Assembly (NCBI GenBank): GCA_965178125.1
Contig: OZ237770.1
Location: 434,001-498,000, forward strand
Origin: Bilabrum cf. latius
Taxonomy: Eukaryota
Reading direction: 5' to 3'
Length of the DNA stretch: 64,000 bases
How positions within the stretch are numbered: position 1 is the first letter of the stretch; each line of letters starts with the position of its first letter. The notes under the pieces were generated by a model, which did not search any database, had not been told where the DNA came from, and saw only the letters and a program-made list of their open reading frames with translations. Position numbers and translations under genes: made by a program. Positions 1-12,550 of this stretch are shown piece by piece.

Positions 1-1
1 A

Positions 2-1509
2 ATGGTAAGCAAAAATGAGTTTTTGAAGAGGCTTGAAGAGACAGTGAGTGGAAAACGCCCCTCCGAGCTCGAAGCTGACCTGGTAGCAGTGCTGGATACG
101 CTGCCCTCGGACTGCCACGACTGGGTAGACTGTTCAATTAGGGGTACGTCAAATGCGCTTGGAGTAGTGTCTGGTACTAGGAACGATAAAGCCGCAAAAG
201 TATTGCTCGATCATGGGGCAGACCCAAATGGACGGCTTGGCCAAGTGAGACAAGTGCTCCATCTGTACGGCCAGTCGAACGATTTTTGCTGAGATTGCTT
301 CCTTTCAATTGAATGCTAGATAATGCAGTGGGACCCACCGCTAGTGCACGGAGTAGTTGGTAGGAATACATCAGCATGCACAGACTTGCTCGTTGCGGGT
401 GCTTCGATCCGCCAGGCGATTCAACATTATCCAGCCTTGGTAAGAACAACAATATCGCAAGAAGCCCCCCTACTCGTGATGCCAACTGACACAATTGATT
501 TGATCGGGATCCTACTCTCCGCCATCACACCCACTTCCAGGTCTCGGACCCTGGCAATCAGCACGTCCTGCAGGTGAGCCTGGCTCAGATGATAGAAGGG
601 AATATGAAGCAATGCCCAGGCCTACTAGCGAGTAAAGATGAATCGGGGCGCGCATCACGCTTCATAGACGTGCTGGGACTCCACGTGAGCGATGCGCCCG
701 TCGATGTGCTCGCATACCTGCTCGTCCGGTCGTTGAGCGACCTCCCGGTTGTAACCGTGCTGCTGGACCTGGCCCAGTCGACACACCCTGGCGTGCTGGC
801 CTGGAGGAAAGCCACAGAGACCAGCCACAGCTTGCTCCACGATATGCTGCTCGTCAGTCCCAAGACCCGGGCCACGTCCACTGCCTGGACAGACAAGGAC
901 CGACATGGACATGCGCTGTGGTACTCGTAGCGACTTGTCAGGACCGTGGATGCGGGCAAATTGGCCTCGGTGTGGACACTGCTCAGGGCGCTTAGAATCA
1001 GCTGCGGGTCCGTGGTGCACTGCATTGCAGCGCTCCCGGAGCACCCCATGGATGAGGTGCGGCGGCACGTGCCTCCGCTGGGAGCGGGGGCCGTGGGGCG
1101 GGCCGTGCGGAGGGCGCAGAGAATCAGGAGATTGCACGATTTAAGGCATTGCGCGGATGCCAAGAGGGATGCTGGCCTGGTGTTTCAGGCGGCCAAAGAG
1201 GGCAGGCCCATGGAGCTGGCCAAGCGTCTGAGGCTGGGCGTGCTGGCGGGCGGGCTGGAGATGAAGGGCGAGGTGGAGGACGGGGCGGGCGGGACCAGGG
1301 TGATGGGTCCGCTGGAGGCGGCTCGGTTGGGAGGACATAACGAGTGCGTGAAGGTGCTGGAGGAATCGGAGAAAACCTCGTCAGTCAGGCGGGCGGATGC
1401 TCGGGCAAGGGTGCTAAAGATTAGGGGTGTGGAAGAGAAGGCAGCTGAGGAGGTGAGATAGCACAGCGAGCATGCCCGGGATCGTCTGGATCAGCCAATG
1501 CCTCGGTGA
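2..1509 (+). CDS. Ankyrin-repeat-containing protein (introns ~245-328 and ~440-573; in-frame TAG at 928 and 1459; TGA stop)
   Basis: Ankyrin-like segments (KVLLDHGADPN, PLEAARLGGHNECVKVL); GT-AG introns join the ORF pieces in phase; TAG read-through joins 574-930, 946-1461 and the tail to TGA 1507-1509. Confidence 0.6.
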
Positions 1510-1826
1510 ATGCACAGCGAGCATGGCTCACGAGCAGGGAGATCGAAAACCGGCAGCACGGTGGACTATGATGGCCATGCGGTGGGGACGAGCAGCGAAA
1601 GAACTTGTATCTGGTGATTGCAGTTCAATGCTTCAATGTACCGGTAAAGGGAGGACGAAACAAATTGGCAGATGCACTGCTCGCCTGTTCGCGCGTTGGC
1701 AATGTAACGTGCGGTATTCTAGTGATGAAGAGCTCCCTTCCTTGGCTTCCCCCGTCCTTACTAGAAACGAAATAGTGTGGTAGCTAGCAGTTTTTTCAAG
1801 CAGTTTGGTAGGTGATTATTTCAAGC

Positions 1827-4392
1827 ATGTCATAGGGAAGCGGCGGAGGCCACCATGGGCAAGGCAAGAAGCTCTCCAGCAGCTTTAGCACCGGCAGGTC
1901 ACACCCAATCGGAAGGGGTGGCGGAAGTGCAAGATTTGGAACCAATATATCCGGGCGGCTGCCATACTGGCGGGACAAATAGGATTCTTTGCCAACCGAA
2001 GCGCAGCAGCGATTCTTGCATGGTTTGCGCTTCGAGGACGGCAGCACGAGCCGAGGCAAACCAGCAGCTGCTTCCATGGTTGCTTTGAAAGGTGTGGAAC
2101 AGCCGCACAATCCGGCTATAAGCTCATTTGCAATTCGCAAGATGCCACTTAGCCCGGTTGGGTTGCTGTATCGAAAAGGGCCCAAGCTTGGGCATGTAGC
2201 GGTGAGTCTCCAGCAACCTCCCGGCAAGTCCGTCCACGGTCGTGTTCCAGGTCGAACTCATTCAGTTTGCTAGACCAAAACAAAGAAACCATTCATTTCC
2301 AAGCCTTCTGAATTTTCAATCATCGCAGAGCAAGCTGGACACGGGGCTGCAGTACGAGGTGCAGCCCCACCCGAACGGCACCGCTGACGTCGTGGCCACA
2401 GCGCGGCGGGTGCGCTCCAAGTCCGTGGGGAGGACCTACACTCCTGACGGATTGTTCTTCCGCACCTCCATCCAGTACGGCTAGTCCGAGACCCAGGACG
2501 AGGCCTCCCTCCGGGCCTCTTTGGGCACACGGGCGTCCTTGCTTGCTCTGGCAAGGAGGCAGCAGCAGTACGATGCCATATAGAGGGCGGGCGACGGGCT
2601 ACAGGCGGCCAACACCATCGGGTGCCCCCCGCCACACGAGGCCACGGAGGGGTACTTCCGGTCTACCGGGCACAAAGGGACGCATGCGACCGACGCGCCG
2701 CTCGCGTCACCCGGCATATCTCGCTCCGAGTTCCCGCCGGAAGGCCCGCTGGGGTCGCTGGGAGGTGCGGAGGCGCGGTCCATCGGTCACTCGCACGGCG
2801 CTTTCAACTCGGAGTGGGAATCCAAGGAACATGAGAATGAACCGATGGTACCGAACCATCGTGCGATGCAACCCGGACCAGTCGCGGGTGGCTTCAGCAC
2901 CTCCCTGCAAGGTGCACCGCACGGTGGTCCTCATGCCAGCAGACCAGGTACGGCGCCCCCATCCTACGGACCCGTGGGCGAAGGAGCATAGAGCTACAGC
3001 TCCGGCGTCGGGCATGGTGTGATGAGTGAATCCCCCGTCCCTCTGGCGCGCGAAGCTTCGTTCAACTAGTCCTCGTCCTCCTCCTCCTCCCCCCTGGATG
3101 CACCCGGGGCCAGGGTGCACCCCCAGCATGGGGTCGTGGCCCCTGCAGTGCTGGCCGGCAGCAACCACGCCCAGGGCAAGCCCGGGTGGATGTCGCTGAC
3201 CAAAGGGCACCAGAGGGGGCTGCTGGCCCACGCGCAGTCTAGGCTGAACAGGTCAGTGGTGCGGCAGGGCGCCGCGCATCCAGTGCATGTTCCGCTGGAG
3301 CACTCGCAGCCCCGTGCCGGGCCCAGCAGAGACGCGGGAGGCAGGCCGGTGAGCACCATGCGGGGCACTCGGGCGGGCAGGGAACAGGCCCAGTGGGAGC
3401 TCCCGCCCCGGGGGAGCAGCAGCCTGGCCGCGGACGGGCCCGGGGTGGACACGCGCCGGCTGCGAGAGGTCCGGGGGAGAGAGATGGCGCGGCTGCACAG
3501 GGAACAACTGAGGGCCGCCAAGGAGGGGCTACTCGGAGCCGAAAATCGGGGAGGAGCCGCGTCCATGGGCGGGGCAGAGCTCGGAGACACGGTGGCGAGC
3601 CTGGGGGCAACGTGGGGGGCTGGTGTGACGAGTGAAGGGTGGAACGGTGGAAGTTCTGCAAATGGATAGCTTGGAGCATATGGCGGCGGCCTCAGCGCGG
3701 CCTCATTGGAGGCCTCGGGACTCGGCAAAGGGAGCGTGATGCTCGAGCCGGCGAGCACTGCCACACTCGTCACACATCAACGGCAGCACACCGTGGCCGT
3801 GCAGGCGGACGGGGCAGCCGCCCCTGGGCCCGGGGTGCAGGCAGGCACTCAGGCGAGCACGATGGGGCAGGGGCAGGGGCAGGGGCAGGGGCAAGGGTAT
3901 GGTGATGCCAAAGCGGACGACTGCATCAGTGGGCGGCAGGACGCGCCTGCCCGGCCAGTGGCGCTGGGTCGTCAGGGGTTGCAGCGACCGGTCGTTGTGG
4001 TGCAGGGAGACGGGTCAGAAGCTGGCGGTGAGCTTGGTAGCGGGAAGGGGGAGGGGGATGGGGATGGTGCACGTGATGGTGCGGGGTTTGTGTCGCTGTC
4101 AACCGGGCCTCTGGGGGCGGGCGGGAGCAGAGGCAGGGGGGTGCCCGTACCGACAGAGAGTGCCCTTTCTGCAGCACCTGCTGTTGTTCCCCAGCGCAGT
4201 GCCCTCGCGGCCTCGATGCGGGGCTCGATCCGGCCGCGGCAGAGCGAGGGCAGGATCATCGGAGGAAGCGGGAGCAGCCAGGGATGGGTAGCGCCAGTGA
4301 GGGGTGGTGTCGGACTAGGAACGCCGCAGGCTAGTTCACCTGCGCCGTCTGCTAAGCCACGGGCGCCCCTGTCGCAGAGCGCGGCCTCATGA
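1827..4392 (+). CDS. Hypothetical low-complexity protein (intron 2202-2328; 7 in-frame TAG)
   Basis: ATG 1827, phase-0 GT-AG intron, then one frame open to TGA 4390-4392 interrupted only by TAG. Confidence 0.65.
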
Positions 4393-4937
4393 ATGCCCCG
4401 GGCCGCCTGTCTTGATTGTTCCGGTTCTGCAAACCAATGCACTTGCACTCTACGTGCCGGGCATTGGAAGAAGTTATATTGAACCGTGAATTTACCTGTG
4501 CTCTATGGCATCCGAGTCGGAGTTTGGAGCATGTAAGGGTCGGATTGGAACTGATCTTTCCCGCTCGTTGTGCATGCAGATACCAAGCAGAATATTCCTG
4601 GCCTACTGGTGCGGTCAACGGCATTTTCGTCCGCCCCATATTTGAATCAAACATTCATTGTACATATTTCTTGCGTCCTGATTCGTGGTATCTTGTCACA
4701 GGCGTATGCTCGGCGGTGCAACCCTCCGCATCTTGACTTGTTCCATCATTTTCTCAATGGTTCGCAGAGAGTCTCGCAAGTGAGAGTAAGGCCAGTATAC
4801 TAAGACCACAAACTCGGCCAGTCCACGGCGAGGCTGAGAAGTCCCGCGGATCGACTGGCTCTTCGACCGAGCAGGCAGCGCAGGGAGCTGCATGTGAAGG
4901 TGCATGCACCTGCAAATCACGAGCCGGAGCTGGTGAC

Positions 4938-5693
4938 ATGGCCGCATCATCGCGGGCTGGATCCAGGCCGAACATCGGTCCAAGCAATGGGTCCGCGAAG
5001 AGTAGTTTGGAGGCCGCTGCAGACGCAATGGCGAGCGCTGATCGGGCTGGAGGCATGCGAGCTCTGGACGCCGAGGGCAGGGCCGGCGTGATGGCGGCTG
5101 CGTGTCGCGTGCTGCTGGAGGGCGTGGGCGAGAACCCGGAGCGAGAAGGTCTTGTCAAGACCCCGATGCGCATGGCCCGGGCGCTCCTCGAGCTCACCGG
5201 GGGCTATGCCAAGGACGCTGGTGCGGTGCTCGGGGGTGCTCTGTTCGACGTGGATGGAGGGGGCGGGCTGGTGGTGGTCAAGGACATGGAGTTTTCCTCT
5301 CTGTGCGAGCACCACGTGCTGCCCTTCAGGGGAGTGGCACACGTGGGGTATGTCCCCGGGAGGAGGGTGGTGGGGCTGTCCAAGCTGGCTAGGGTGCTGG
5401 ACGTGTTCGCCAGGCGGCTGCAGGTGCAGGAGAGGATGACCAGGCAGGTGGCAGAGGCTGTGATGACGAGTGTGGGGGCCCGTGGTGTGATCGTGATGGT
5501 GGAGGCAGAGCACATGTGCATGAGCATGAGGGGGGCCCGCAAGCCGGGAGCCAGCACGGCGACCCTCGTGCGGCTGGGGGTGTGTGACGAGCGCCACGAG
5601 GAGGACAAGGGCGAGGCCGTCCGGCTGATGGAGGAGTTCAGGCTGCAGGTGGGGCGCGGAGGGAGCGGCGCTGGTGGCGGTGGTTTCAGATAA
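4938..5693 (+). CDS. GCH1: GTP cyclohydrolase I
   Basis: Motifs [44 protein letters not shown]. Confidence 0.95.
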   Translation: MAASSRAGSRPNIGPSNGSAKSSLEAAADAMASADRAGGMRALDAEGRAGVMAAACRVLLEGVGENPEREGLVKTPMRMARALLELTGGYAKDAGAVLGGALFDVDGGGGLVVVKDMEFSSLCEHHVLPFRGVAHVGYVPGRRVVGLSKLARVLDVFARRLQVQERMTRQVAEAVMTSVGARGVIVMVEAEHMCMSMRGARKPGASTATLVRLGVCDERHEEDKGEAVRLMEEFRLQVGRGGSGAGGGGFR

Positions 5694-6105
5694 TCCGAGC
5701 ACTGGCAGCTGCGTGTGCAAGTGCGAGTGCGAGTGGTAGGGGACGCAGCGCTGACATGGCGCGCCCCGGGGATAGAACTGAAAGTATGGTGAGGTCATCG
5801 AAATGATACTCTTTCACAATAAAACAGGATTGGTTATTTTGCAGCAGAATAAGGCATAGCACAGCTCCAAGTAGCAGTTGCCATTCGTCAGTACCGACTT
5901 GTCCCGCAGCAACGGCGTATCCGATTGGACATCGCTACATATATGATGGTGCTCTACTGCAAATGTGCGGCTTTGATCTGGATTTTTGACATGTGCTTTG
6001 GCACTATCGTGGATTGCACCAGGATCGGGATCTGGTGCTGCTTGCAGCCTCTGAATCACCCTTTACCATCGTCACAGAAACGCTACGCGTCTTTCGGTGT
6101 GTCAA

Positions 6106-8613
6106 ATGAAACTAGATCGGTTACTGGTTTCGGCCCGGTTCCGATGGACGGGCGGGCTGTTTCACAGTCTCGCTGTTCTTGCCATGCTTGTGTTTATCAC
6201 GGCAAATGCGCTCAAATCTACCGGGATTTGCAGAGGTTCCGAGCAACAGCATGGAGGAAATAGATGGTCTAATTGTTCCGTGGGGGCAAACGAAATGGGA
6301 ATCACGGCCGACCATACGTTCCCACGATCTCATCGGGGTTCCCAGAGCTGTCTCGTTGGAGCTGTCGGCGGCCCATTTGGTACCTTCTTTGATGCCTATA
6401 CGGACTGCCTACATTCTGAAATGGATGATCATGATGATGAACCTGCATAGGATGTAAATTTTAGGCTGCATGCTTCAACTATAGGTGGAGAATCGAAGCT
6501 TGTTGCGACGTTGCCAGCAACGGTGCCAGTCAACTGGCTCTCCTTCATGGAGAATCCGGGCATTTTAGCAGACGAATTTGTCGCTGACTTGACAGTCAAC
6601 GTAGCAAATGATCGGTCTTACCACGTGCAGCCATTCATCGCGGCTTCTTATTCAACAGGTTCTTTCGAACACTCTAGCCTCGTGGTCTTTGCAGTTGTGT
6701 GTAGTTGGAATGCCGAGCGAGCGCGCGAATGGCAGAACCAGGCTCTGCACTACCAAAGCGATCAGTCACTCCTGCCCGATCATTGCTACGGCGCGTCTTC
6801 CACGATTCCCTCGAGCTCGGAGGGCTCGGCAGAGCTTCAACTTGGCGCCAGCCTCGGGTCTGCGCAGATGCACGTGCATGGCGGCGCCATGTTCAACGAG
6901 ACGCCTCGGTTCAACGTGTCCATCCGGCTGACGCACTTTACCACTGACGGCGGCAATCAGGAGGAAGGTGACTATAACCTCGTCGATTCCAACCTGCTGC
7001 AGCTCCCCGCAGACCCGTCCTACGAAGCCTCGTGGACGCACCTTTTCGGTGCTTTGGATGCTGCACCAGGCCCTGGTAGGACAAGCGTGGCATGCGCCAT
7101 ACCTTGCCTAGACTGCCTTAGCCCAGTACCGAGCGGGAATTCCGTCCTAGTTGCAAAAGCAACGGGCATACAAGACCTTCCGCGCCGCTTTGACGCCGTG
7201 CACGTAGTTGTGGCCGTGCTTGGAACTAACACGCAAGCGGTCCAGGCCCTTGCTCTCATGGCTGATGGATCGCAGCAATGGGAAGGTGCCATATCGTTTC
7301 CACCGTTCGCACCCAACCCATTGCTCGGTGCTCCGCAGTTCTCCATTCTGCAGGCCACTCCTGACTACTTGGTGGGATTTGCTGCTTTGTATCAGTACCC
7401 TTCTCTTGGCGAGCGCACGTACGGCATGGTACCAACTGCGTTCTACATGGGGCCGAACGGGAGCACGGATGGGTGGCAGACGGACGACTTCTTCGTATTT
7501 CCAGTGTCCAAGCTAGGCTACTCGCTACGAAACCAAGTGCTGGCATCGCCTGGCGGTCCCAAAGACGAGGTTCAACACGCCGGCGATGGTAGGTAGATTT
7601 ACCACGATAGCCGCGATCTCCGTTAGAGTAGAGTCGGGCTGGCGCCGCAAGACTCCGACCCCACGGAACACTTTCCCCCACCGTGTGACTAGACAGTGGT
7701 GCTGGTAAACGAAATCAGCGTGATCACGTTGCGCTTGACTTCAATTGCCGGCAAGTACCTATTCAACTACACTCGCACGGATATGCCCACCAACGGTGAC
7801 TCCTGGACGGCATTTGGTTCCGTCCGCGGTGCCATCCTGCAACCTGTAGCGGGTGATTAGCCGGGAGGCACTTGCGGGCCGACTGGGACGTGCCTGCTTA
7901 CGGCCGCAGTGGAGATGTTCGACAACGCTACCCTGGACCAGGACGATGGGTATGCCTACCGCGAGCAAGGGCTGCTCACCGTGAGGATCATAGATGCGCT
8001 TGAGACGCCGCAGATGGTAGTGTCGATTCTGCCGCAGGAATTGAGGGGTCACCCTGCCCCGCTTGTCCCCATCAGCGCTGGGACCAAGCATGACTACTTG
8101 GGTATGGCCTCAGTGGAGGTGACCCAAGCCGGTGCCGGCTCTGACCCGTTCGCTGGTGTGCTCCGGCGGGTACAGGCGACAGCGACGCCCACACCAAGTC
8201 CGTGATACCAGCCTACACCGACTGCGAGCAGCACCCCGAGCCCCACGCCTACCTTCACGTCGGGGCCTTCATTCAATCCGTCGCCTGCATCTCCGCACGC
8301 CTCGCGATGGCCCGTGGGCAAGATCGCGGCCGTGGCAGGTGGGGGCCTGGTGGTGGTCATCATCATCGGATCTGTGTGGGTATGCTGCTGCTGCAGCCGA
8401 TCGCCTTCGAGTCATCCGGCGGAGGAGTGCGGGCTTAGCGATGGGGCCAGTGCACGGCTGTTGCCAGGCGAGTCTGGCAACTCAGTTTCGAAGTCGGCAC
8501 AAGGTTGGCACGGTGCCGTTTAGCCACCTACCGAGAGGAATGCAGTGGCATCATCACACTACCCAAGCAATCATGCAGCTGAAGACTCGCTGCAAGTACA
8601 TGGGCCTGCGTAA
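6106..8613 (+). CDS. Predicted type I membrane protein (signal peptide, S/T/P stalk, TM helix); 6 in-frame TAG and one in-frame TGA at 8203
   Basis: Single frame from ATG 6106 to TAA 8611-8613; hydrophobic N-terminus, TPTPSP stalk, TM segment IAAVAGGGLVVVIIIGSVWV followed by Cys cluster. Confidence 0.6.
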
Positions 8614-8869
8614 GTGCACTATCTACACGTTCTGCTGCCAACGTAGCTGCGGGATTGGCACTCTCGGGTGATGTACTATGCTTGGCTCTGGTTGCATGCC
8701 AAGCGACCCAACCACGACTTGAATGATACACTTGGTTTCTTGTTTGCTTGGTATCCACCCACTTCAATTGACCAATCCTGTAGCAACTCCATGAATAGCC
8801 TGCTTTGTATTTTGGCCCCAATTACGGCACGACTCCAACTCAAAGCGGATGCTACGGAGTGGCAGACTC

Positions 8870-9345
8870 TATTGGAGGGCGAGGGCGAAGGCAAAGACTA
8901 GAACCAGCAGTGATAAGACCCGTTCTAGACCTTTATGCACATGGACCGGATGCTTCTCAAGCTCATGCAGGTGTGCAGTCAGGACGCTGGTGCGGTGCTC
9001 GAGCGCCACGAGGATGACAAGGGGGACGCCTCCCGGCTGGTGGAGGAGCGCAGGCTGGAGGTGGGGCGCGGAGAGAGCGGCGCTGCTGGCGATGGTTTCA
9101 GACAATCCGAGCACTGGCAGCTGCATATGTGCGGGTGCGGGTGCGGGTGCGGGTGCTGGTGCTGGTGCGCGTGAGGGTGCGTGTGCGTGCGAGTGCGAAG
9201 GGACGCAGCCCTGGCTGAAATGGCGTCTCCCGGGGACAACACTGAAAGTATGGTGAATTCGCCACGGTGATGCTCCTTCACATGAACAGGATTGGATATT
9301 TTGCAGCAGAAAAAGGCATCGCACAGCTCCGAGTTGCAGTGGCCA
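8870..9345 (+). pseudogene. Degenerate, internally deleted copy of GCH1 plus its 3' flank
   Basis: Resembles ~5113-5231 joined directly to ~5589-5885; catalytic core missing. Confidence 0.75.
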
Positions 9346-9401
9346 CTTCGTGACAAATTGAATCCTGCATCTGCTTCGCACTCCGCGCTGCTCAGGCAAA
9401 C

Positions 9402-10892
9402 ATGCGTTCACTACTTCTTCTCTTAGCCGGATCTGCAGCAGCGCTAGACAATGGTCTTGCGAGAGTTCCATGTGAGATCATCGTGATGGTCCGGATTTTT
9501 CCAACCCTGTCTGCACCATCAATGCTTGAACTCGCAGCAGTATCAAACCATGCACACGCTTTAACTTGCTCCTAGTATGACGCAGTTGCTGGGTGGAACT
9601 CGTGGAATTCGTGAGAGACATGTACCGCCACGCAAGATCCAACCAAGTCAACTCGGGTTTCGTGTGCAGCTCTGCGTACAGGTACCAAATAGTACGACTA
9701 GTTTGCTTGATATCTGCCATACATCTGCAGTTTTGGAATCAACGCTCACGGACAGCCAAAGCTGCCGGGACAGACCACCCCAATCACGGGAGAGGTTTTC
9801 CTGCAAACGGCCCAGGCTCTCAAGACGAGCGGGCTGGCGGCAGCTGGCTACGAGTACGTCGGCATCGACTGCGGGTATTCCATGGGGACCAGAGACAAAT
9901 CCACAGGCCTCATCCTGGTGAACGAGACGCGCTTCCCCGGCGGTCTCAAGCCCTGGGTGGACCGTGTGCACTCGCTGGGGCTGAAAGCAGGCATCTACCT
10001 GGATGCGGGGCCCTCACAGTGCTGCTCGAGGAATATGCCGGGGGCCAATGACGGCTCTCTGGGGAGGGAGAAGCTGGATGCGCAATGGCTCACCGGGATT
10101 GGCTTTGACTTGCTCAAGTATGACGATTGCGGGAATCAGGGCCAGAGCTACCCCGCCATGCGAGATGCCCTCAACGCCACGGGGAGGCACGTGGTGTACT
10201 CCGTGCACGGCCCGCTGGGGGCCGCGGCCGTGGAGCTGTCCAACTCGTGGCGGTCCACGCACGACATCACCAACACCTGGGCCTCCATCATGGAGAACCT
10301 CCACCTGAACCAGCAGTACCACGCCCTGGCCACCCCCGGGTCCTGGCCCCAGGCGGACATGATCGAGGCCCTGCAGCCCAACGTGACCTGGAACGAGAGC
10401 ACTGCGCACATGGTCCTCTGGGCCGCCGTCAAGTCCCCCCTCCTGCTGGGCTTCGATGTGCGGGGTGTGACGAGTGAGCAGTCCGCCATGCTGACCAACC
10501 CCCGGTTGCTGGCCGTGTCCAGAGACCCGCTCGCTGAGAGTGCCACGGTGGTCGCAAATGCGTCGTCATCTGCATCCATCCGCGCCTCGTCCTCGTCTTC
10601 AACGGCCCCGTCATCGTACCCCGAGTGGGAGGTGTGGGCGGCTCGCATGGACGAGCAAGCCAGCGGGCACGGGGGCGTGGCCATCCCGCTGCACCTGGGG
10701 GATGGACCTGCGCCCGTAGATGTGCCCGTGAAGTTTGAGGCTATTTCATGGCTGGGCAAGTTCGCATGTGCGCGGGTGGTGGACCTTTGGACGGGCGAAG
10801 TGCTGGACGAGAGCGCCAGGGGCGAGTGGACCGCCGAGGGACTGGCGCCGCACAGCGCGACTCCTGTGCTACTCAGCAGGGTAACGTGCTGA
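9402..10892 (+). CDS. Secreted GH27 alpha-galactosidase / alpha-N-acetylgalactosaminidase (introns 9472-9585, 9611-9730)
   Basis: Signal peptide + LDNGLARVP, GWNSWN, GYEYVGID, LKYDDC, SWRSTHDI, DMIE, KSPLLLG; introns restore frame. Confidence 0.92.
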
Positions 10893-11027
10893 GGGAGTTT
10901 GGGGGTTGCATGAATGACTGTAGCATGTCCCCGAGGGCAAAAGCAACTGCTTGGCGTGACGACAGCGTCGAGCGGGACAGCCAGAAAGGTTATCTACAGC
11001 CAGCCGATCTGAATTTGGTACCAATAG

Positions 11028-12491
11028 ATGCATAACCTAGTAGTATTGCTAGACCTCACTGCTATTGTCGTGCTTTCGCTTCCGGCCTCCTCTCACCAAG
11101 ACAGTCTTCCGATGACGGACGCGTGTCCGCAGGAAGGACTGCGCTTGGGATTGCATTGGATGGCACCCTTCTTTAGTGGAGGCGGATACAGCTCGGAATC
11201 GATTGCTTTCATGCTTGGCTTGCGCCAGCAAGGATAGAATTGCACATCAATGCGTGAATTGACAATCTCTATTGATCAGCACGGCGATGCCTTCAAGCAA
11301 AGCATGTACGAAGGCCTGCCGCCCGACGATCGGCGCGTCCTCGTGGGCATGTATCAACTGACTTCATAGCCATCCTTTCAGGCCTCCGTATGTCACAGCG
11401 AGCCGGGCGCCTGGACGTTGGGTCCATCTGTTCCTGGCGGTGGTTTGCCTCGCTCTGCTAGCGGCAGCCCGCTCCCCGCCTGGGAAGACCTCGCCCCGAG
11501 GTACCCAACCACTCGGTGCCCTGCTGCAAGAGCCGTGCTGTCGATCGGCCGCACAATGTTCGAGTCGGACCGCGCCCCGAGGGGCTGGGACCGCCGGCTG
11601 GCTCGCATGGACGCTGTCTGGGCCCCGACTCGGTTCCATGCAGCCGTGTTCGGGCGGGCGATCGACAGGTACGTGTCCGCGCTGCTCATCCGGGCTATGG
11701 GAAGCAAGGCATGGGGCAGGGTCAGGAAGCGCCTGCTGCGTGGCTGGAGGGGGGCTACTACTACTGTTGGAGGTGTAAGTGTAGGTGTGCCAGTGGGTGT
11801 AGATGGCAATCGCAGTGATGCTGCCAGTGGCATAGTCGAGCATGGACACGGGCATGGGCAGGAAGGAACAGGGAGTGCGGTAGCAGAGCAAATAGGCAGT
11901 AGGGGTGGATGGGAGCTCGATGCAGATGTGGTGCGCTGCAATGCACTGCAGCTGGGCGACGGGTGGCACAGCAGCACCAACCGCGGCGAGCCATCTTCCT
12001 CGTTCTCCCCTCGCTCCAGCTCTATGCCGAGCCAGTGCTGCTCGCTGGCCAGGACTCGTGCGGAGGAGCTGGGCCCCGCGGTGCCTCACGGCGACCGGAG
12101 CCCCCTGCTCCCCCCCATGTCCCTGTCCCTGTCCCTGTCCACCCCGCCCCTCTGCCTGGAGGGCCCCTGGCTGTCCTCCCTTGACGCCTCCAGGGCCGAG
12201 ATGCAGTCCAGTAGGGGGGCGATGGAGGCCCTCCGACGGGTGGGCCTGGGGCCGGCCATGGGCGTGCAGGTGCTGGGGGAACCAGTGGACTCGGAGTCGG
12301 TATTCAACGGGGATGCCGTGGCGGCAGCTGACGAGGCCTGGGGCAGGATCGTGGCTGAGGCTCCCTGGGACGTGGGGCGGCTCGAGGTGGTCAATGTGGG
12401 GGACCACGGGGAGGTGGTCAATGTGGGGGGCCTAGGGGAAGGAAGGGGCGCCTCTCGGGGTGCAGGGAGACTCTGGCATCCCCGCCTGCCG

Positions 12492-12550
<59 letters not shown>

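Noticed and set aside
5691-5792. Ciliate-type code with TAA also read as Gln
   Set aside because: No internal TAA found against more than 50 TAG, and TAA sits at plausible gene ends (5691, 8611, 27190, 59071); not fully excluded, since GCH1 and the kinase have a TGA shortly downstream
8203-8205. Selenocysteine codon
   Set aside because: Located in a S/T/P stalk with no redox motif, and no SECIS recognised
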